Program-made: the position numbers and the translations under genes | Notes under the pieces: model-generated | Told to the model about the DNA's origin: nothing | The model's input: the letters and a program-made list of their open reading frames with translations, nothing else | Databases searched by the model: none | In this document: positions 1-11,615 of the stretch, in pieces | Layout of the letters: every line of letters begins with the position of its first letter | Position numbering within the stretch: the stretch's first letter is position 1 | NCBI GenBank assembly: GCA_910579545.1 | Contig: CAJTVI010000001.1 | Coordinates: 106,360 to 170,359 of the forward strand | Length of the DNA: 64,000 bases | Direction: 5' to 3' | Source: an uncultured Oscillospiraceae bacterium | Lineage (GTDB): Bacteria > Bacillota > Clostridia > Oscillospirales > Ruminococcaceae

Positions 1-41
1 CCCTATCTTTTTTGGTCAGCGTTTTTTGCCGGGGCGGTTTT

Positions 42-413
42 TTATTGCCGCCTTTGCAGCAGGGCGTACAGTTCCCGGTATTCCTCATCGGTGAGGGGTT
101 CGGCCTCGATCAGGTGCGAGATAAGCCCCTTGACGTTCCCCTCGTAGATGCGGCCCACAAAGCTGCGGGTCTGGGCCGCTTGGTACTCCTCTTGGGAGAT
201 AAGCGGCGTATACTCGTTGCGCCGCCCCACCTTGTGCGCCCGCAAAAAGCCCTTGGCGCACAGCCGCGAGAGCAACACGATAAGGGCGTTTTTTTGGCAG
301 GGCCGGCCCCTTGCGGCAAGCTGCTCCATCAGGGCGGAAAACAGGGCCACCGGCTCGGGGGCGGCCCACACGATCTTCATGATCTCCAGCTCCATCTCCG
401 AAAGCTGCTGCAT
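42..413 (-). CDS. BlaI/MecI/CopY-family (penicillinase repressor) winged-helix transcriptional regulator
   Basis: 123-aa ORF. The N-terminal 'LSEMELEIMKIVW' winged-helix region and short helical C-terminus are typical of the family. TAA stop. The usual BlaR1/M56 sensor partner would lie beyond the window start. Confidence 0.8.
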   Translation of the reverse strand: MQQLSEMELEIMKIVWAAPEPVALFSALMEQLAARGRPCQKNALIVLLSRLCAKGFLRAHKVGRRNEYTPLISQEEYQAAQTRSFVGRIYEGNVKGLISHLIEAEPLTDEEYRELYALLQRRQ

Positions 414-452
414 ATGGGGTTCCCTCCTTTTTTGTTATTGCTTTCCTTCTCC

Positions 453-501
453 ATTGTATAACAATATGTTTTACTTGCAATAGTATAACATCGTATTATA
501 C
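453..501 (-). promoter_or_regulatory. Candidate operator region upstream of the BlaI-like gene
   Basis: Two short inverted repeats, ATTGT-ATA-ACAAT (453-465) and GTATAA-N7-TTATAC (483-501), lie in the only AT-rich stretch upstream of the repressor gene. Resemblance to TACA/TGTA operators is loose. Confidence 0.3.
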
Positions 502-624
502 ATTTGTCAACAGGGCAAAACAAAACCGCCCGGCGCAGTTTTTGCTGCCAAGCGGTTTTGTGATTCTATAAACGCGGCCCTTTTGTTGGGGCAAAAAACT
601 ATATAAACATCGAAAAATCGTTGT

Positions 625-2622
<1,998 letters not shown>

Positions 2623-2718
2623 TCACCTCAAAGCCGTTTTGGGCCGCGGCCCCTTCCATAGCCCCGGCTGGGGCCATGGGGCGCAGCCCGTTTGGGATCC
2701 TGTCTCTGTCTTATTATA

Positions 2719-3426
2719 TCACGTCTGCCCGGCGGATTGAACAAAAAATTGCGGCACATCCCCCACCACCAGCGCCTGGGCGATGCAGACCTCGTCCTGC
2801 ACCTCCACGCTGCTGGAAAAGCCGGACAGCATGACCCCCATGGTTACATGGAACCGCATAAACACCAGCAGCTCGGTCTGGTTGATGCCGGAGGTTTGCA
2901 GGCGGCTGGTGAGGTCGCTGTCCACATAGGATTCCTGCAAAACCCGCACCCGCATTTCCGGCCCCATGCCGGCCAGCAGCTGCCAGCCCACTAAGGTGCC
3001 CACCGGGATGCTCACCTCGCGCGCGCTGAGGGCCGACAGCTCGGCGGAAACTGCATGGGTCAGCTCCGCCTTGATGGCGTTGACCGCCGCGGCGTCCGCC
3101 ACCACCGAGGTGATGCGGCCGTTCTGGTCGGTGCGCACATCGTAAATATTCCGGTAGTGCGAGGGATTTTCGCCCAGGGCCTGGGTCACCGCCCGGTTGA
3201 TCGCAAGGATGGACAATTCCTGGCACTCATATTCCGCCACCGCCATCATCACCGGGCGCACCCGCTGCTCCACCAAAAAAAGCAGGTAGCAGATCAGGGC
3301 CGCCGCCCCCAGCAGGATCAGCCGCGCCCTGCCGTGCCTGCCCCCCTGCGCCCTTGTGTTTTGGCCCGCCGCCGGCCGGCCTCCCCTCCGCCGCATCTGC
3401 CGCACCCCTTTCCGCGCCCGAAACAT
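2719..3426 (-). CDS. yunB: Sporulation protein YunB-like
   Basis: 235-aa ORF with a basic N-terminus, one transmembrane segment and a YunB-like body ('VTQALGENP...YDVRTDQNGRITSV...IPVGTL'). Start codon uncertain (M1 or M11). Confidence 0.7.
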   Translation of the reverse strand: MFRARKGVRQMRRRGGRPAAGQNTRAQGGRHGRARLILLGAAALICYLLFLVEQRVRPVMMAVAEYECQELSILAINRAVTQALGENPSHYRNIYDVRTDQNGRITSVVADAAAVNAIKAELTHAVSAELSALSAREVSIPVGTLVGWQLLAGMGPEMRVRVLQESYVDSDLTSRLQTSGINQTELLVFMRFHVTMGVMLSGFSSSVEVQDEVCIAQALVVGDVPQFFVQSAGQT

Positions 3427-3573
3427 GGATCATAAAAAGGGCAAAACCCGCCCCTTTCCTTTCATACTATATTCTTTTGGGGGGCAAAACGTGAAAAAAC
3501 GCCTGCAAAACCGCCCGCTCTGGCCCGCCGCCGGCTTTAAACTCCTCGAACCGAACGCCCCCCATGAAAAAAC

Positions 3574-3602
3574 TTGACAATCGGGGTACCGTGTACTACA
3601 CT
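3574..3602 (+). promoter_or_regulatory. Sigma-A-type promoter of pncB
   Basis: TTGACA (3574-3579), 17-nt spacer, TACACT (3597-3602), about 105 nt upstream of the pncB ATG. Confidence 0.6.
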
Positions 3603-3708
3603 TCAAAATGGTATAAAATACCATGTTTGGAGAAATATAAAACGCTTTTTGGAGCAGATCGTTTGGGCACTGGATCAGCGTTTTTAAAGATGAAAGGAGT
3701 CGTTCCCT

Positions 3709-4932
3709 ATGCGCCTTGCGCAGATCATCACCTCCCTTTTGGAAACCGACCTTTACAAGTTCAGCATGGGCCAGGCCATCTACCACCAGTTCCCCGGCTA
3801 TAAAACTACCTGGACCTTTAAGTGCCGCAACCCCGAGGTGCGCTTTACCCCCGAAATGGTGGAGGAGATCCGCCAGCAGATCAAGGCCTACTGTGGCCTG
3901 CATTTTACCGAGGAGGAACTCAGCTACATCGACAGCATCCAGTGGATGAAGGGCAGCTACACCGATTTTTTGCGGCTGTGGCACCCCCGGTATGAGGATT
4001 TTGACATCCACGCGGACGCTGGCTGCGGCTTGTCTATCGAGACCCGGGGCACCTGGCTGAACACCAGCATGTACGAGATCCCTACCCTTGCCATTGTAAA
4101 CGAGGTCTATTTCCGCATGCAGTACCCTTACGACAAACTGCTTGCCGATTTTAAGCGCCGGCTGGACGACAAGGTGCAAAAGCTGCAGAGCGGCCAGTGG
4201 TACGCGGGCATTTTTTCGGAGTTTGGGCTGCGCCGCCGGCTTTCGGCCGAAGCGCAGGAGCTGGCGGTGGAAACCCTGATGCGCCTGAAGGATACGCCGG
4301 GCTGCCCCTCCAATTTTATTGGCACCTCCAACGTGTACCTGGCCAAAAAGTTTGGCATTACCCCGGTGGGCACCATGGCGCACGAATGGATCATGTGCGT
4401 GGGCCAGGGCAACCATAAGCACAACCCGGCCTATTCCAACTGGTACGCGCTGAACGCATGGGTGAAGGAATACGGCATTCTGAACGGGACGGCCCTGACC
4501 GACACCATCTCGACCGACTGTTTTTTGCGGGATTTTCAGCTGACCTTCGCCACCCTCTTTTCGGGCGTGCGGCATGATTCCGGCGACCCCATCGAATGGG
4601 GCGAAAAGATGATCGCCCACTACCAGAAACTGGGCATCGATCCCAAAACCAAGACCCTGCTTTTCTCGGACAACCTCGACTTTGAGCGGGCGGACCGCAT
4701 CTTCCGCCACTTTGACGGCCGGGTGCGGGTGGCCTTTGGCATTGGCACCTACCTTTCCAACGACACCTCGGTACCCCCTTTGAACATCGTGATGAAAACC
4801 ACCGCCTGCAACGGCCAGGACGTAGCCAAGATCTCGGACGTCACCGGCAAGGAGATGTGCAAAAACAAGGATTATGTGGAGTACCTTACCCGCAGCATCG
4901 ACTGGCGCATGCGGCACGAAAAAACCACCTGA
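3709..4932 (+). CDS. pncB: Nicotinate phosphoribosyltransferase
   Basis: 407-aa ORF. The N-terminal 'SLLETDLYKFSMGQAIYHQFP' matches the PncB signature (E. coli 'LLDTDAYKLHM'). AAAGGAG ribosome-binding site. Confidence 0.93.
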   Translation: MRLAQIITSLLETDLYKFSMGQAIYHQFPGYKTTWTFKCRNPEVRFTPEMVEEIRQQIKAYCGLHFTEEELSYIDSIQWMKGSYTDFLRLWHPRYEDFDIHADAGCGLSIETRGTWLNTSMYEIPTLAIVNEVYFRMQYPYDKLLADFKRRLDDKVQKLQSGQWYAGIFSEFGLRRRLSAEAQELAVETLMRLKDTPGCPSNFIGTSNVYLAKKFGITPVGTMAHEWIMCVGQGNHKHNPAYSNWYALNAWVKEYGILNGTALTDTISTDCFLRDFQLTFATLFSGVRHDSGDPIEWGEKMIAHYQKLGIDPKTKTLLFSDNLDFERADRIFRHFDGRVRVAFGIGTYLSNDTSVPPLNIVMKTTACNGQDVAKISDVTGKEMCKNKDYVEYLTRSIDWRMRHEKTT

Positions 4933-4989
4933 CAGCGTATTTTAACGGCACACTTCCGGCCTTTTCGCAAACAAACGGCCGGCACAGGC

Positions 4990-5037
4990 AGAACAAAAAA
5001 GCACCCGTTGGCCGGCCAACGGGTGCTTTTTTGTTCT
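4990..5037. terminator. Bidirectional intrinsic terminator between the convergent pncB and pfkA genes
   Basis: Perfect palindrome AGAACAAAAAAGCACCCGTTGGCC/GGCCAACGGGTGCTTTTTTGTTCT. The GC stem is flanked by an A-run and a T-run. Confidence 0.85.
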
Positions 5038-5081
5038 GCTTTGCGCAAGGGCGGCAAAAGGGGCTCTTGCCCCGGCCCCGC

Positions 5082-6056
5082 TTAAATCGAGATGGTGCTG
5101 GCGACGTCCAGCAGGGTGGTGTCGATGGTCTTGTGCATCGAGAGGGCCACGTTGATGTCAAAATCGACGATCTTGTCGGCCGAGACCGCCACCACGCGGT
5201 TTACGATGCCCCGCTCGAGCAGGTAGATGGCGTGGTAGCCCATGGAGGAGGCGGTGACACGGTCCCGCAAAGTGGGTGAGCCGCCGCGCTGCACATGGCC
5301 CAGGATGGTAGCGCGCGCGTCGATGCCGCTGACCGACTCGATCTCGTGGGCGATGTCCTGCGCGTGGCCGACCCCCTCGGCCACAATGATGATAAAATGC
5401 TTTTTGCCGGTTTTTTGGGTAAACCGCATCCGGCTGAGGATGTCCCGGTCCAGGTCATACGGGCGCTCCGGGATGAGGGTGGCGATGGCGCCGGTGGCAA
5501 TGCCCACGTTGAGGGCGATATAACCGGCGTTGCGGCCCATGACCTCCACCACGCTGCAACGGTCGTGGCTCTGGGTGGTGTCGCGCAGCTTGTCGATCAT
5601 CTCCACCGCGGTGTTCATGGCGGTATCGTAGCCGATGGTGTACTCGCTGCAGGCGATGTCGTTGTCGATGGTGCCGGGGATGCCGATGCAGGGGATGCCG
5701 TAGGAGGCAAGCGCCTTTGCGCCCCGGAAGGAGCCGTCGCCGCCAATGACTACCACCGCGTCGATGCCCAGCTCATGGCAGCGCTCCACGCCTTTTTTTT
5801 GGCCTTCCTCGGTTTTGAACTCGAGGCAGCGGGCGGTGTACAGCACCGTGCCGCCCCGGTGGATGATCTCGGACACGCTGCGCAGGTTCATCTCGTATAT
5901 CTCGCCGTTGAGCAGGCCGTTGTAGCCGCGCTGGATGCCCATCATGCGAAAGCCCTTGCTGATGCCGGTACGCACAACGGCGCGCACCGCTGCGTTCATG
6001 CCCGGGGCGTCGCCGCCGCTTGTAAGCACGCCAATGGTTTTGATCTCTTTGCTCAT
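5082..6056 (-). CDS. pfkA: ATP-dependent 6-phosphofructokinase
   Basis: 324-aa ORF with 'IGVLTSGGDAPGMNAA', 'VVIGGDGS' and 'GIPGTIDND' motifs. Confidence 0.97.
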   Translation of the reverse strand: MSKEIKTIGVLTSGGDAPGMNAAVRAVVRTGISKGFRMMGIQRGYNGLLNGEIYEMNLRSVSEIIHRGGTVLYTARCLEFKTEEGQKKGVERCHELGIDAVVVIGGDGSFRGAKALASYGIPCIGIPGTIDNDIACSEYTIGYDTAMNTAVEMIDKLRDTTQSHDRCSVVEVMGRNAGYIALNVGIATGAIATLIPERPYDLDRDILSRMRFTQKTGKKHFIIIVAEGVGHAQDIAHEIESVSGIDARATILGHVQRGGSPTLRDRVTASSMGYHAIYLLERGIVNRVVAVSADKIVDFDINVALSMHKTIDTTLLDVASTISI

Positions 6057-6169
6057 ACCAATTCCCTCCTATTTTTCACGGGGCCCGCGGCAGCCTGGCC
6101 GCAGGGCGTCGCTTTGTATCGCATTACGGTGCCGCGCGGCCAGGCCGCCGGCGGAAAAAACCGGTTTAT

Positions 6170-9100
6170 TTATCTTGTGGCAACATGGCCGGGGCCAAGC
6201 AGCCGCTCCAGCTCGCTGTACAGCAGCGGGTGGTCAAGGGTCCAGAGGCCGCGGGGGGCCCGCACCCGCTGCTGGGTATCCTCAAAATAGATGCAGACCG
6301 GCAGGTTCCCCTCAAAGATGCTCAGCAGGTTTTTGACCTTTTCAAACTCGCGCCCCTGCTGGGAGGGCAGCTTGAGCCAGAGCTCCCGCACCTGCGCGCG
6401 GGCCTGGGACGCGCCCCTCGGCCCCGCGCCGTTCTGCGCCGGCCCGGCCTTGTAGTTCTCAACGGGGATTACCTCGTTTGCCACCAACTTTGCGTTTTCC
6501 TCTTCCCGCACCGAAACCCGGCCGGTGATCACCACCACCGCGTTCTCGCGCAGCGCCTCCCGGCAGCGCTCCAGCACCTTGGGGAAGATCAAAATTTCCA
6601 TGGTGCCGCTCAGATCCTCTACATTGGTAAAGGCCATGAGGGTATTGGAGCGGGTGGTCATCAGCTTGGTTTTGATGACCGCGCAAACAATGCTGACTAC
6701 TTTTGTATCGTAATCTTTTGCCGTTTCGCCTGTCAATTCACTAATCTTGCAGCTTGATATATTTTTGATGAGCCCGGCGTAGGCGTCCAGCGGGTGGCCG
6801 GAGAGGTAGAGCCCGCTTACCTCCTTTTCCATCTGCAAAAGTTCCCCTTTGGGGTATTCTTCCACGCTGGGCAGCTGGTAATCGCCGCCTCCCCCCTCCG
6901 CCTGGCCAAACAGGTCCAGCTGGCCCTCCAAATTGCGGCGGCTGTCGGTCTCGACACTTTTGAGGATGCCCTCGATGCTCTGCAGCATGGCCCGGCGGGT
7001 GCCCCCCAGCGAATCGAAGGCGCCGGCCTTGACCAGGCTTTCCAGCGCGCGGCGGTTGAGCTCCTGCCCGTGCATCCGCTTGCAGAAATCATAAAGGGAG
7101 GAAAACGGCCGGCCGGCCCGGGCCTCCACCACCGCGGCGATCAGGCCGCGGCCCACGTTTTTGACCGCGTTGAGCCCAAAACGGATGTTGCTGCCGTCCA
7201 CCGTAAAGCCGCCGCCGCTGATGTTGATATCCGGTGCAAGCAGCTTGATCCCCAGCCGCTGGCACTCGCCCGAGTACTCGATCACCTTGTCGGTATTGTC
7301 CAGCACGCTGGTAAAAAGCGCCGCCATAAACGGCCCATGGTAATGACATTTGAGATAGGCCGTCTGGTAGGCCACATAGGCGTAGGCCGCCGCGTGGGAC
7401 TTGTTGAAGGCGTAGGAGGCAAAGCTGGACATGTCGTCAAAGATGGTATTGGCCACCGCCTCCGGAATGCCGTTGGCCACGCAGCCCCTGCACTCCTGCC
7501 CGGGGGTCTGATTGCCGTGCACAAAGTGCTGGCGCTCCTTTTCCATCACATCGTGCTTTTTTTTGCTCATGGCGCGGCGCACAAGGTCCGCCTGCCCATA
7601 CGAAAAGCCGGCCAGCTCCCGGCAGATCTGCATGACCTGCTCCTGGTAGACGATGCAGCCGTTGGTCACGTCCAGAATATGGGCCAGCTGCGGGGTGAGG
7701 TAGCGGATCTGATCCGGGTTGTGGCGGTTGCGCAGGTAGGTGGGGATCGAGTCCATCGGGCCGGGGCGGTAGAGGCTGATGAGGGCGATGATGTCCTCAA
7801 GGTCCCGCGGGCGCAGCCCGGTGAGCACCTGCTTCATGCCGGTAGACTCGAGCTGGAACACCCCCTCGGTCTCCCCGCGGGAGAGCATCTCGTAGGTGGC
7901 GGCGTCGTTATAGGGGATCGTTTCGATCGAAAAACCCGGCTGCTCCTTGCGGATCATCTCCTCCGCGTCCCGGATCACGGTGAGGGTGCGCAGGCCCAAA
8001 AAGTCCATCTTGAGCAGCCCAAGCTTCTCGATGTTGGTCATGGTAAACTGGGTCACCGGCAGGCCGTCGTTGGCCGAGAGCGGCACATACTCGATGGTGG
8101 CCTCGGGGGTAATGACCACCCCGGCCGCGTGGGTGGAGGCGTGGCGCGGCATCCCCTCGATCTTGAGGGCGGTGTCCACCAGTTCTTTTACCTCCGGCTC
8201 CTGCTCATAGCGGCCCTTCAGCTCGCCCGAGAGCTCCAGCGCCCGGGTCAGGGTCATCTTGGGGTCGGGCGGCACCAGCTTGGCCACCTCGTCCACCGTC
8301 TGGTACGGCATGCCCAACACCCGCCCCACGTCCCGCAGCGAGGCCCGGGCCGCCATGGTGCCAAAGGTGGTGATCTGGGCTACATGGTCCGAGCCGTACT
8401 TGCGGTTGACGTAGTCGATGACCTCCTGCCGGCGCTCGTAGCAAAAGTCCACGTCAAAATCCGGCATGCTCACCCGCTCGGGGTTCAAAAACCGCTCAAA
8501 CAGCAGCTGGTGGCGGATGGGGTCAATGTTGGTAATGCCCACGCAGTAGGCGGCCAGGCTGCCCGCGCCGCTGCCCCGCCCCGGGCCCACCGGGATGTTC
8601 TGGCTTTTGGCATAGTTGATAAAGTCCAGCACGATGAGGTAATAGTTGGTGTACCCCATGCGCTTGATAACGTCGATCTCGTAGCGCAGCCGCTGGCGCA
8701 GCGGCTCGGTCACCGCGCCGGGATAGCGGCGTTCCAGGCCCTTTTGGCAGAGGCCCTCAAAGTATTCCTCGTTGTCCATGCCGTTCGGCGCTTCAAAATA
8801 GGGCAGCTTGGTTACGCCAAACTCAAAGTCGAAATTGCAGGCCTCCGCGATCTTGTTGGTGTTTTCGCAGGCCTCGGGCGCCATCGAGAAGAGCTCGTAC
8901 ATCTCCTCGGTGCTCTTGAGATAGAATTCATCGGTCTGGAATTCCATCTTGTCGTCGTCCTGGATGGTCTTGCCGGTCTGGATGCAGATCAAAATCTCCT
9001 GCATCCGGCTGTCCTCCCGGCGCAGGTAGTGGGCGTCGTTGGTGGCCACCAGCGGGATGCCGGTCTCGCGGGAGAGCCGGATCAGCTGCGGCAGCACCCG

Positions 9101-9655
9101 GCGCTGATCCTCGATGCCGTGGTCCTGGATCTCGATATAATAGTTGCCCTGCCCAAAAAGGACGTTGTAGTAAAGGACCGTTTGCTTGGCGCGCTCGTAG
9201 TCGCCGGCAAGCAGGGCCTGGGGCACCTCGCCCGCAAGGCAGGCCGACAGGCAGATCAGCCCCTCGTGATACTGCTCCAGCAGCTGTTTGTCCACCCGGG
9301 GCCTGGAGTAAAAGCCCTCCAAAAAGCCGGCCGAGACCATCTTGATAAGGTTTTTGTAGCCGGTCTCGTTTTTGCACAGCAGCACAAGGTGGTGGTTGCC
9401 ATCGATCCGGTTGACCTTGTCGAACCGGGTGCGGGTGGCCACATACACCTCACAGCCAATGATGGGCTTGATGCCGGCATTTTGAGCCGCCATGTAAAAC
9501 TCCACGCAGCCGTACATCGCCCCATGGTCGGTGATGGCAATGGCCGTCTGGCCCAGCTCCTTGAGCCGGTCAAACATCCGGTCGATGCGGCAGGCGCCGT
9601 CCAGAAGGCTATATTCGGTGTGCACATGGAGATGAGTAAACTGACGTTCAGGCAT
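6170..9655 (-). CDS. dnaE: DNA polymerase III alpha subunit (DnaE type)
   Basis: The ORF track gives 6170..9862. The conserved PHP N-terminus 'FTHLHVHTEYSLLDG' begins just after the internal ATG at 9655, which has an AGGAAAGGAAA ribosome-binding site. That start overlaps the whiA stop by 8 nt. Confidence 0.96.
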   Translation of the reverse strand: MPERQFTHLHVHTEYSLLDGACRIDRMFDRLKELGQTAIAITDHGAMYGCVEFYMAAQNAGIKPIIGCEVYVATRTRFDKVNRIDGNHHLVLLCKNETGYKNLIKMVSAGFLEGFYSRPRVDKQLLEQYHEGLICLSACLAGEVPQALLAGDYERAKQTVLYYNVLFGQGNYYIEIQDHGIEDQRRVLPQLIRLSRETGIPLVATNDAHYLRREDSRMQEILICIQTGKTIQDDDKMEFQTDEFYLKSTEEMYELFSMAPEACENTNKIAEACNFDFEFGVTKLPYFEAPNGMDNEEYFEGLCQKGLERRYPGAVTEPLRQRLRYEIDVIKRMGYTNYYLIVLDFINYAKSQNIPVGPGRGSGAGSLAAYCVGITNIDPIRHQLLFERFLNPERVSMPDFDVDFCYERRQEVIDYVNRKYGSDHVAQITTFGTMAARASLRDVGRVLGMPYQTVDEVAKLVPPDPKMTLTRALELSGELKGRYEQEPEVKELVDTALKIEGMPRHASTHAAGVVITPEATIEYVPLSANDGLPVTQFTMTNIEKLGLLKMDFLGLRTLTVIRDAEEMIRKEQPGFSIETIPYNDAATYEMLSRGETEGVFQLESTGMKQVLTGLRPRDLEDIIALISLYRPGPMDSIPTYLRNRHNPDQIRYLTPQLAHILDVTNGCIVYQEQVMQICRELAGFSYGQADLVRRAMSKKKHDVMEKERQHFVHGNQTPGQECRGCVANGIPEAVANTIFDDMSSFASYAFNKSHAAAYAYVAYQTAYLKCHYHGPFMAALFTSVLDNTDKVIEYSGECQRLGIKLLAPDINISGGGFTVDGSNIRFGLNAVKNVGRGLIAAVVEARAGRPFSSLYDFCKRMHGQELNRRALESLVKAGAFDSLGGTRRAMLQSIEGILKSVETDSRRNLEGQLDLFGQAEGGGGDYQLPSVEEYPKGELLQMEKEVSGLYLSGHPLDAYAGLIKNISSCKISELTGETAKDYDTKVVSIVCAVIKTKLMTTRSNTLMAFTNVEDLSGTMEILIFPKVLERCREALRENAVVVITGRVSVREEENAKLVANEVIPVENYKAGPAQNGAGPRGASQARAQVRELWLKLPSQQGREFEKVKNLLSIFEGNLPVCIYFEDTQQRVRAPRGLWTLDHPLLYSELERLLGPGHVATR

Positions 9656-10565
9656 TCTGTTTCCTTTCCTGCAGGCGGCGTGCCGTCTCCTCAAGCTTTT
9701 TGAGCCGGTGGGACAGGCCCGATTTGCTGATAGGCGGCTGGAAGGCGGCCGCAAGCTGCGCAAGCGAGTATTCCGGGTACTGCATCCGCAAGGCCGCCGC
9801 CTGCCGCAGCGGCTCGGGCAGTGCCTCCAACGCGCCCTGCTGCTGTAAATACCGGATGGCACGCGCCGTCTGGGCGTTTGCCACGGCGGTCTTGTCCATA
9901 TTGGCGGTCTCGCAGTTGGTCAGGCGGTTGGTCATGTTGCGGATATCCTTGTAAATTTTGCTGTTCATCAGCTCCAGCGAGGCGCTGGTGGCCCCCATAA
10001 AGGTCAAAAGGTCCTCCACCTGCTCGCTGGCCTTTACATATACGACCCCCGCCCCCTTGCGCAGGGTGCGGCGCGGGGCAAACTCGTGCTCGGCCAAAAG
10101 GGCCTCAAAGTCCCGGGCAAGGTTGCGTCGGGGGGTGCTGAACTCCAAATTGTAGCCCTTTTGGGGGTCGGTCGCGGTGCCGCTGCACAAAAAGGCCACC
10201 GCCACAAACCAGCTTACACACTGGCCGCACGCCAGGTTTTGCGGGTTGATGCGCAGGCTGGCCTCCCGCCCGGTGTGACCAAAGCATTCCAGCATCCGGC
10301 GCACCTCCTGCGGGTCTTTTACCGCAAACTCGTACACCGTGCCGCCCGCGCGCAGCTTTGTGGTAAGGCTGCCCCCCAGCCCGGCCATGCGGTAGGCCCG
10401 CTGGATGCAGCGGGCGGCCTCCTCCAGCTCGGTCTGCACCACCACCCCGCGCGAGTCAAAGTAGCGCCCAAAGCAGGCCGCCGCGTAGCTGGCCGCCCTG
10501 GCACAGCAGGGGCGGCTGAGCCTGCGCGCGCTGATCTCCTGCTTGATCCGCTGCGAAAAACTCAC
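9648..10565 (-). CDS. whiA: DNA-binding protein WhiA (sporulation/cell-division regulator)
   Basis: 'SFSQRIKQEI' N-terminus, LAGLIDADG-like core and C-terminal HTH ('ISKSGLSHRLKKL'). GTG at 10565 lies 9 nt after AAAGGAGG and is preferred over the ATG at 10586. Confidence 0.9.
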   Translation of the reverse strand: MSFSQRIKQEISARRLSRPCCARAASYAAACFGRYFDSRGVVVQTELEEAARCIQRAYRMAGLGGSLTTKLRAGGTVYEFAVKDPQEVRRMLECFGHTGREASLRINPQNLACGQCVSWFVAVAFLCSGTATDPQKGYNLEFSTPRRNLARDFEALLAEHEFAPRRTLRKGAGVVYVKASEQVEDLLTFMGATSASLELMNSKIYKDIRNMTNRLTNCETANMDKTAVANAQTARAIRYLQQQGALEALPEPLRQAAALRMQYPEYSLAQLAAAFQPPISKSGLSHRLKKLEETARRLQERKQNA

Positions 10566-10675
10566 CCTCTGCGCCCTCCTTTGCATTCCTTAACAAGCGG
10601 CAGCATCCCGGCCGGCTGCGCCGGCGTTTTGCGCCGCGCTTTGCTTTGCACGGCGCCGGGCCGGCCCCCAGGGGT

Positions 10676-11539
10676 TCAGGAGGTCCGGTAGGCGTCCCGG
10701 TGCTGCACGCTGCACCGGTAGCCCAGCTGTTGGCAGTACTCCCCCAGCAGCCGCGCAAAGGTGATGGACCGGTGCTTGCCCCCGGTACAGCCCACCGCGA
10801 TGGTCAGCTGGCTTTTGCCCTCCTTGACATAGAGCGGCAGCGAGTACTCCAGCAGGGCCTTGAGGCGTTCCAACAGCTGCTGCGATTCCTCAAACTGCAT
10901 CACATAGTCAAAGACCTCCTGATCCAGGCCGGTCTTTTCCTTGAGCTGCGGCACATAAAAGGGGTTGGGCAAGCAGCGCACGTCAAAGGCGATGTCCGCC
11001 TCCTTGGGCAGCCCGAACTTGAAGCCAAACGAGACCACCGAAACCCCCATCGCCTCCCGCTCGCCCCCCAAGAACAAACTGCAGATGCGCTCCTTGTGCT
11101 GGGCGGTGGAGAGCAGCGAGGTGTCCACAATGTAGTTTGCCCGCTCAAAGAGCGGCCGCAGGATCTGGCGCTCCCGCGTAAGCGCCTCGGATACAGAGAC
11201 CCCCTTGCTCAGGCTGATGGGATGGCGGCGGCGGGTCTCCTTGTACCGGCGCTCCAGCACATCGTCGGTAGCGTCCAAAAACAAGATTTCGTAGTCCACC
11301 CGTTTTTCGTCCAGGCTGGCCAGGGCCTCCTCCATCTCGCGGGTGGAGCGCGCGCCCCGGATGTCCAGCACCACCGCCACCTTTTCCAGCTGGTTTTCGC
11401 CCTGCAGGGCAAAATCCACCAGGCGGGGCATCAGCCCGGCGGGGATGTTGTCGATGCAAAAAAAGCCGATGTCCTCCAGCGCGTTTACCGCCAGAGACTT
11501 GCCCGCGCCCGAAAGCCCGGTTACGATCAGCAGGTCCAT
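10676..11539 (-). CDS. rapZ: RNase adapter protein RapZ (YvcJ)
   Basis: 287-aa ORF with 'MDLLIVTGLSGAGKS' Walker A motif and 'CTGGKHRS' C-terminal motif. Confidence 0.93.
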   Translation of the reverse strand: MDLLIVTGLSGAGKSLAVNALEDIGFFCIDNIPAGLMPRLVDFALQGENQLEKVAVVLDIRGARSTREMEEALASLDEKRVDYEILFLDATDDVLERRYKETRRRHPISLSKGVSVSEALTRERQILRPLFERANYIVDTSLLSTAQHKERICSLFLGGEREAMGVSVVSFGFKFGLPKEADIAFDVRCLPNPFYVPQLKEKTGLDQEVFDYVMQFEESQQLLERLKALLEYSLPLYVKEGKSQLTIAVGCTGGKHRSITFARLLGEYCQQLGYRCSVQHRDAYRTS

Positions 11540-11615
11540 GCCCGTTTGTCCCTCCCTTTGCCATGCGTCCTTGTGCCCTTTTTGATCCCCTCTGCCCTTT
11601 AACAGCCGCGGCGGC

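Noticed and set aside
3427-3520. Mother-cell (sigma-E) promoter upstream of yunB.
   Set aside because: Only a partial 'GAATATA' string is present. There is no CATACA-type -10 element at the correct spacing.
6794-9703. 969-aa ORF on the plus strand antisense to dnaE. Similar very long antisense ORFs occur at 679-2661, 22127-24640, 26127-28493, 29487-31256, 40542-42764 and 58518-60242.
   Set aside because: Each lies exactly opposite a gene with unmistakable conserved motifs. Their translations are Arg/Gly/Ala/Pro/His-rich low-complexity sequence with no recognisable domain. Stop-poor antisense frames are expected in GC-rich DNA.
9656-9862. N-terminal extensions offered by the ORF track for dnaE. 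The same applies to hprK, groEL, groES, the gerB and gerC subunits, radC, secDF, the TIM-barrel gene, dagK, tfoX, HIT, the phosphoribosyltransferase gene and rubrerythrin.
   Set aside because: In each case the conserved family N-terminus begins at an internal ATG preceded by a Shine-Dalgarno sequence. The extension also overlaps the upstream gene or a promoter.
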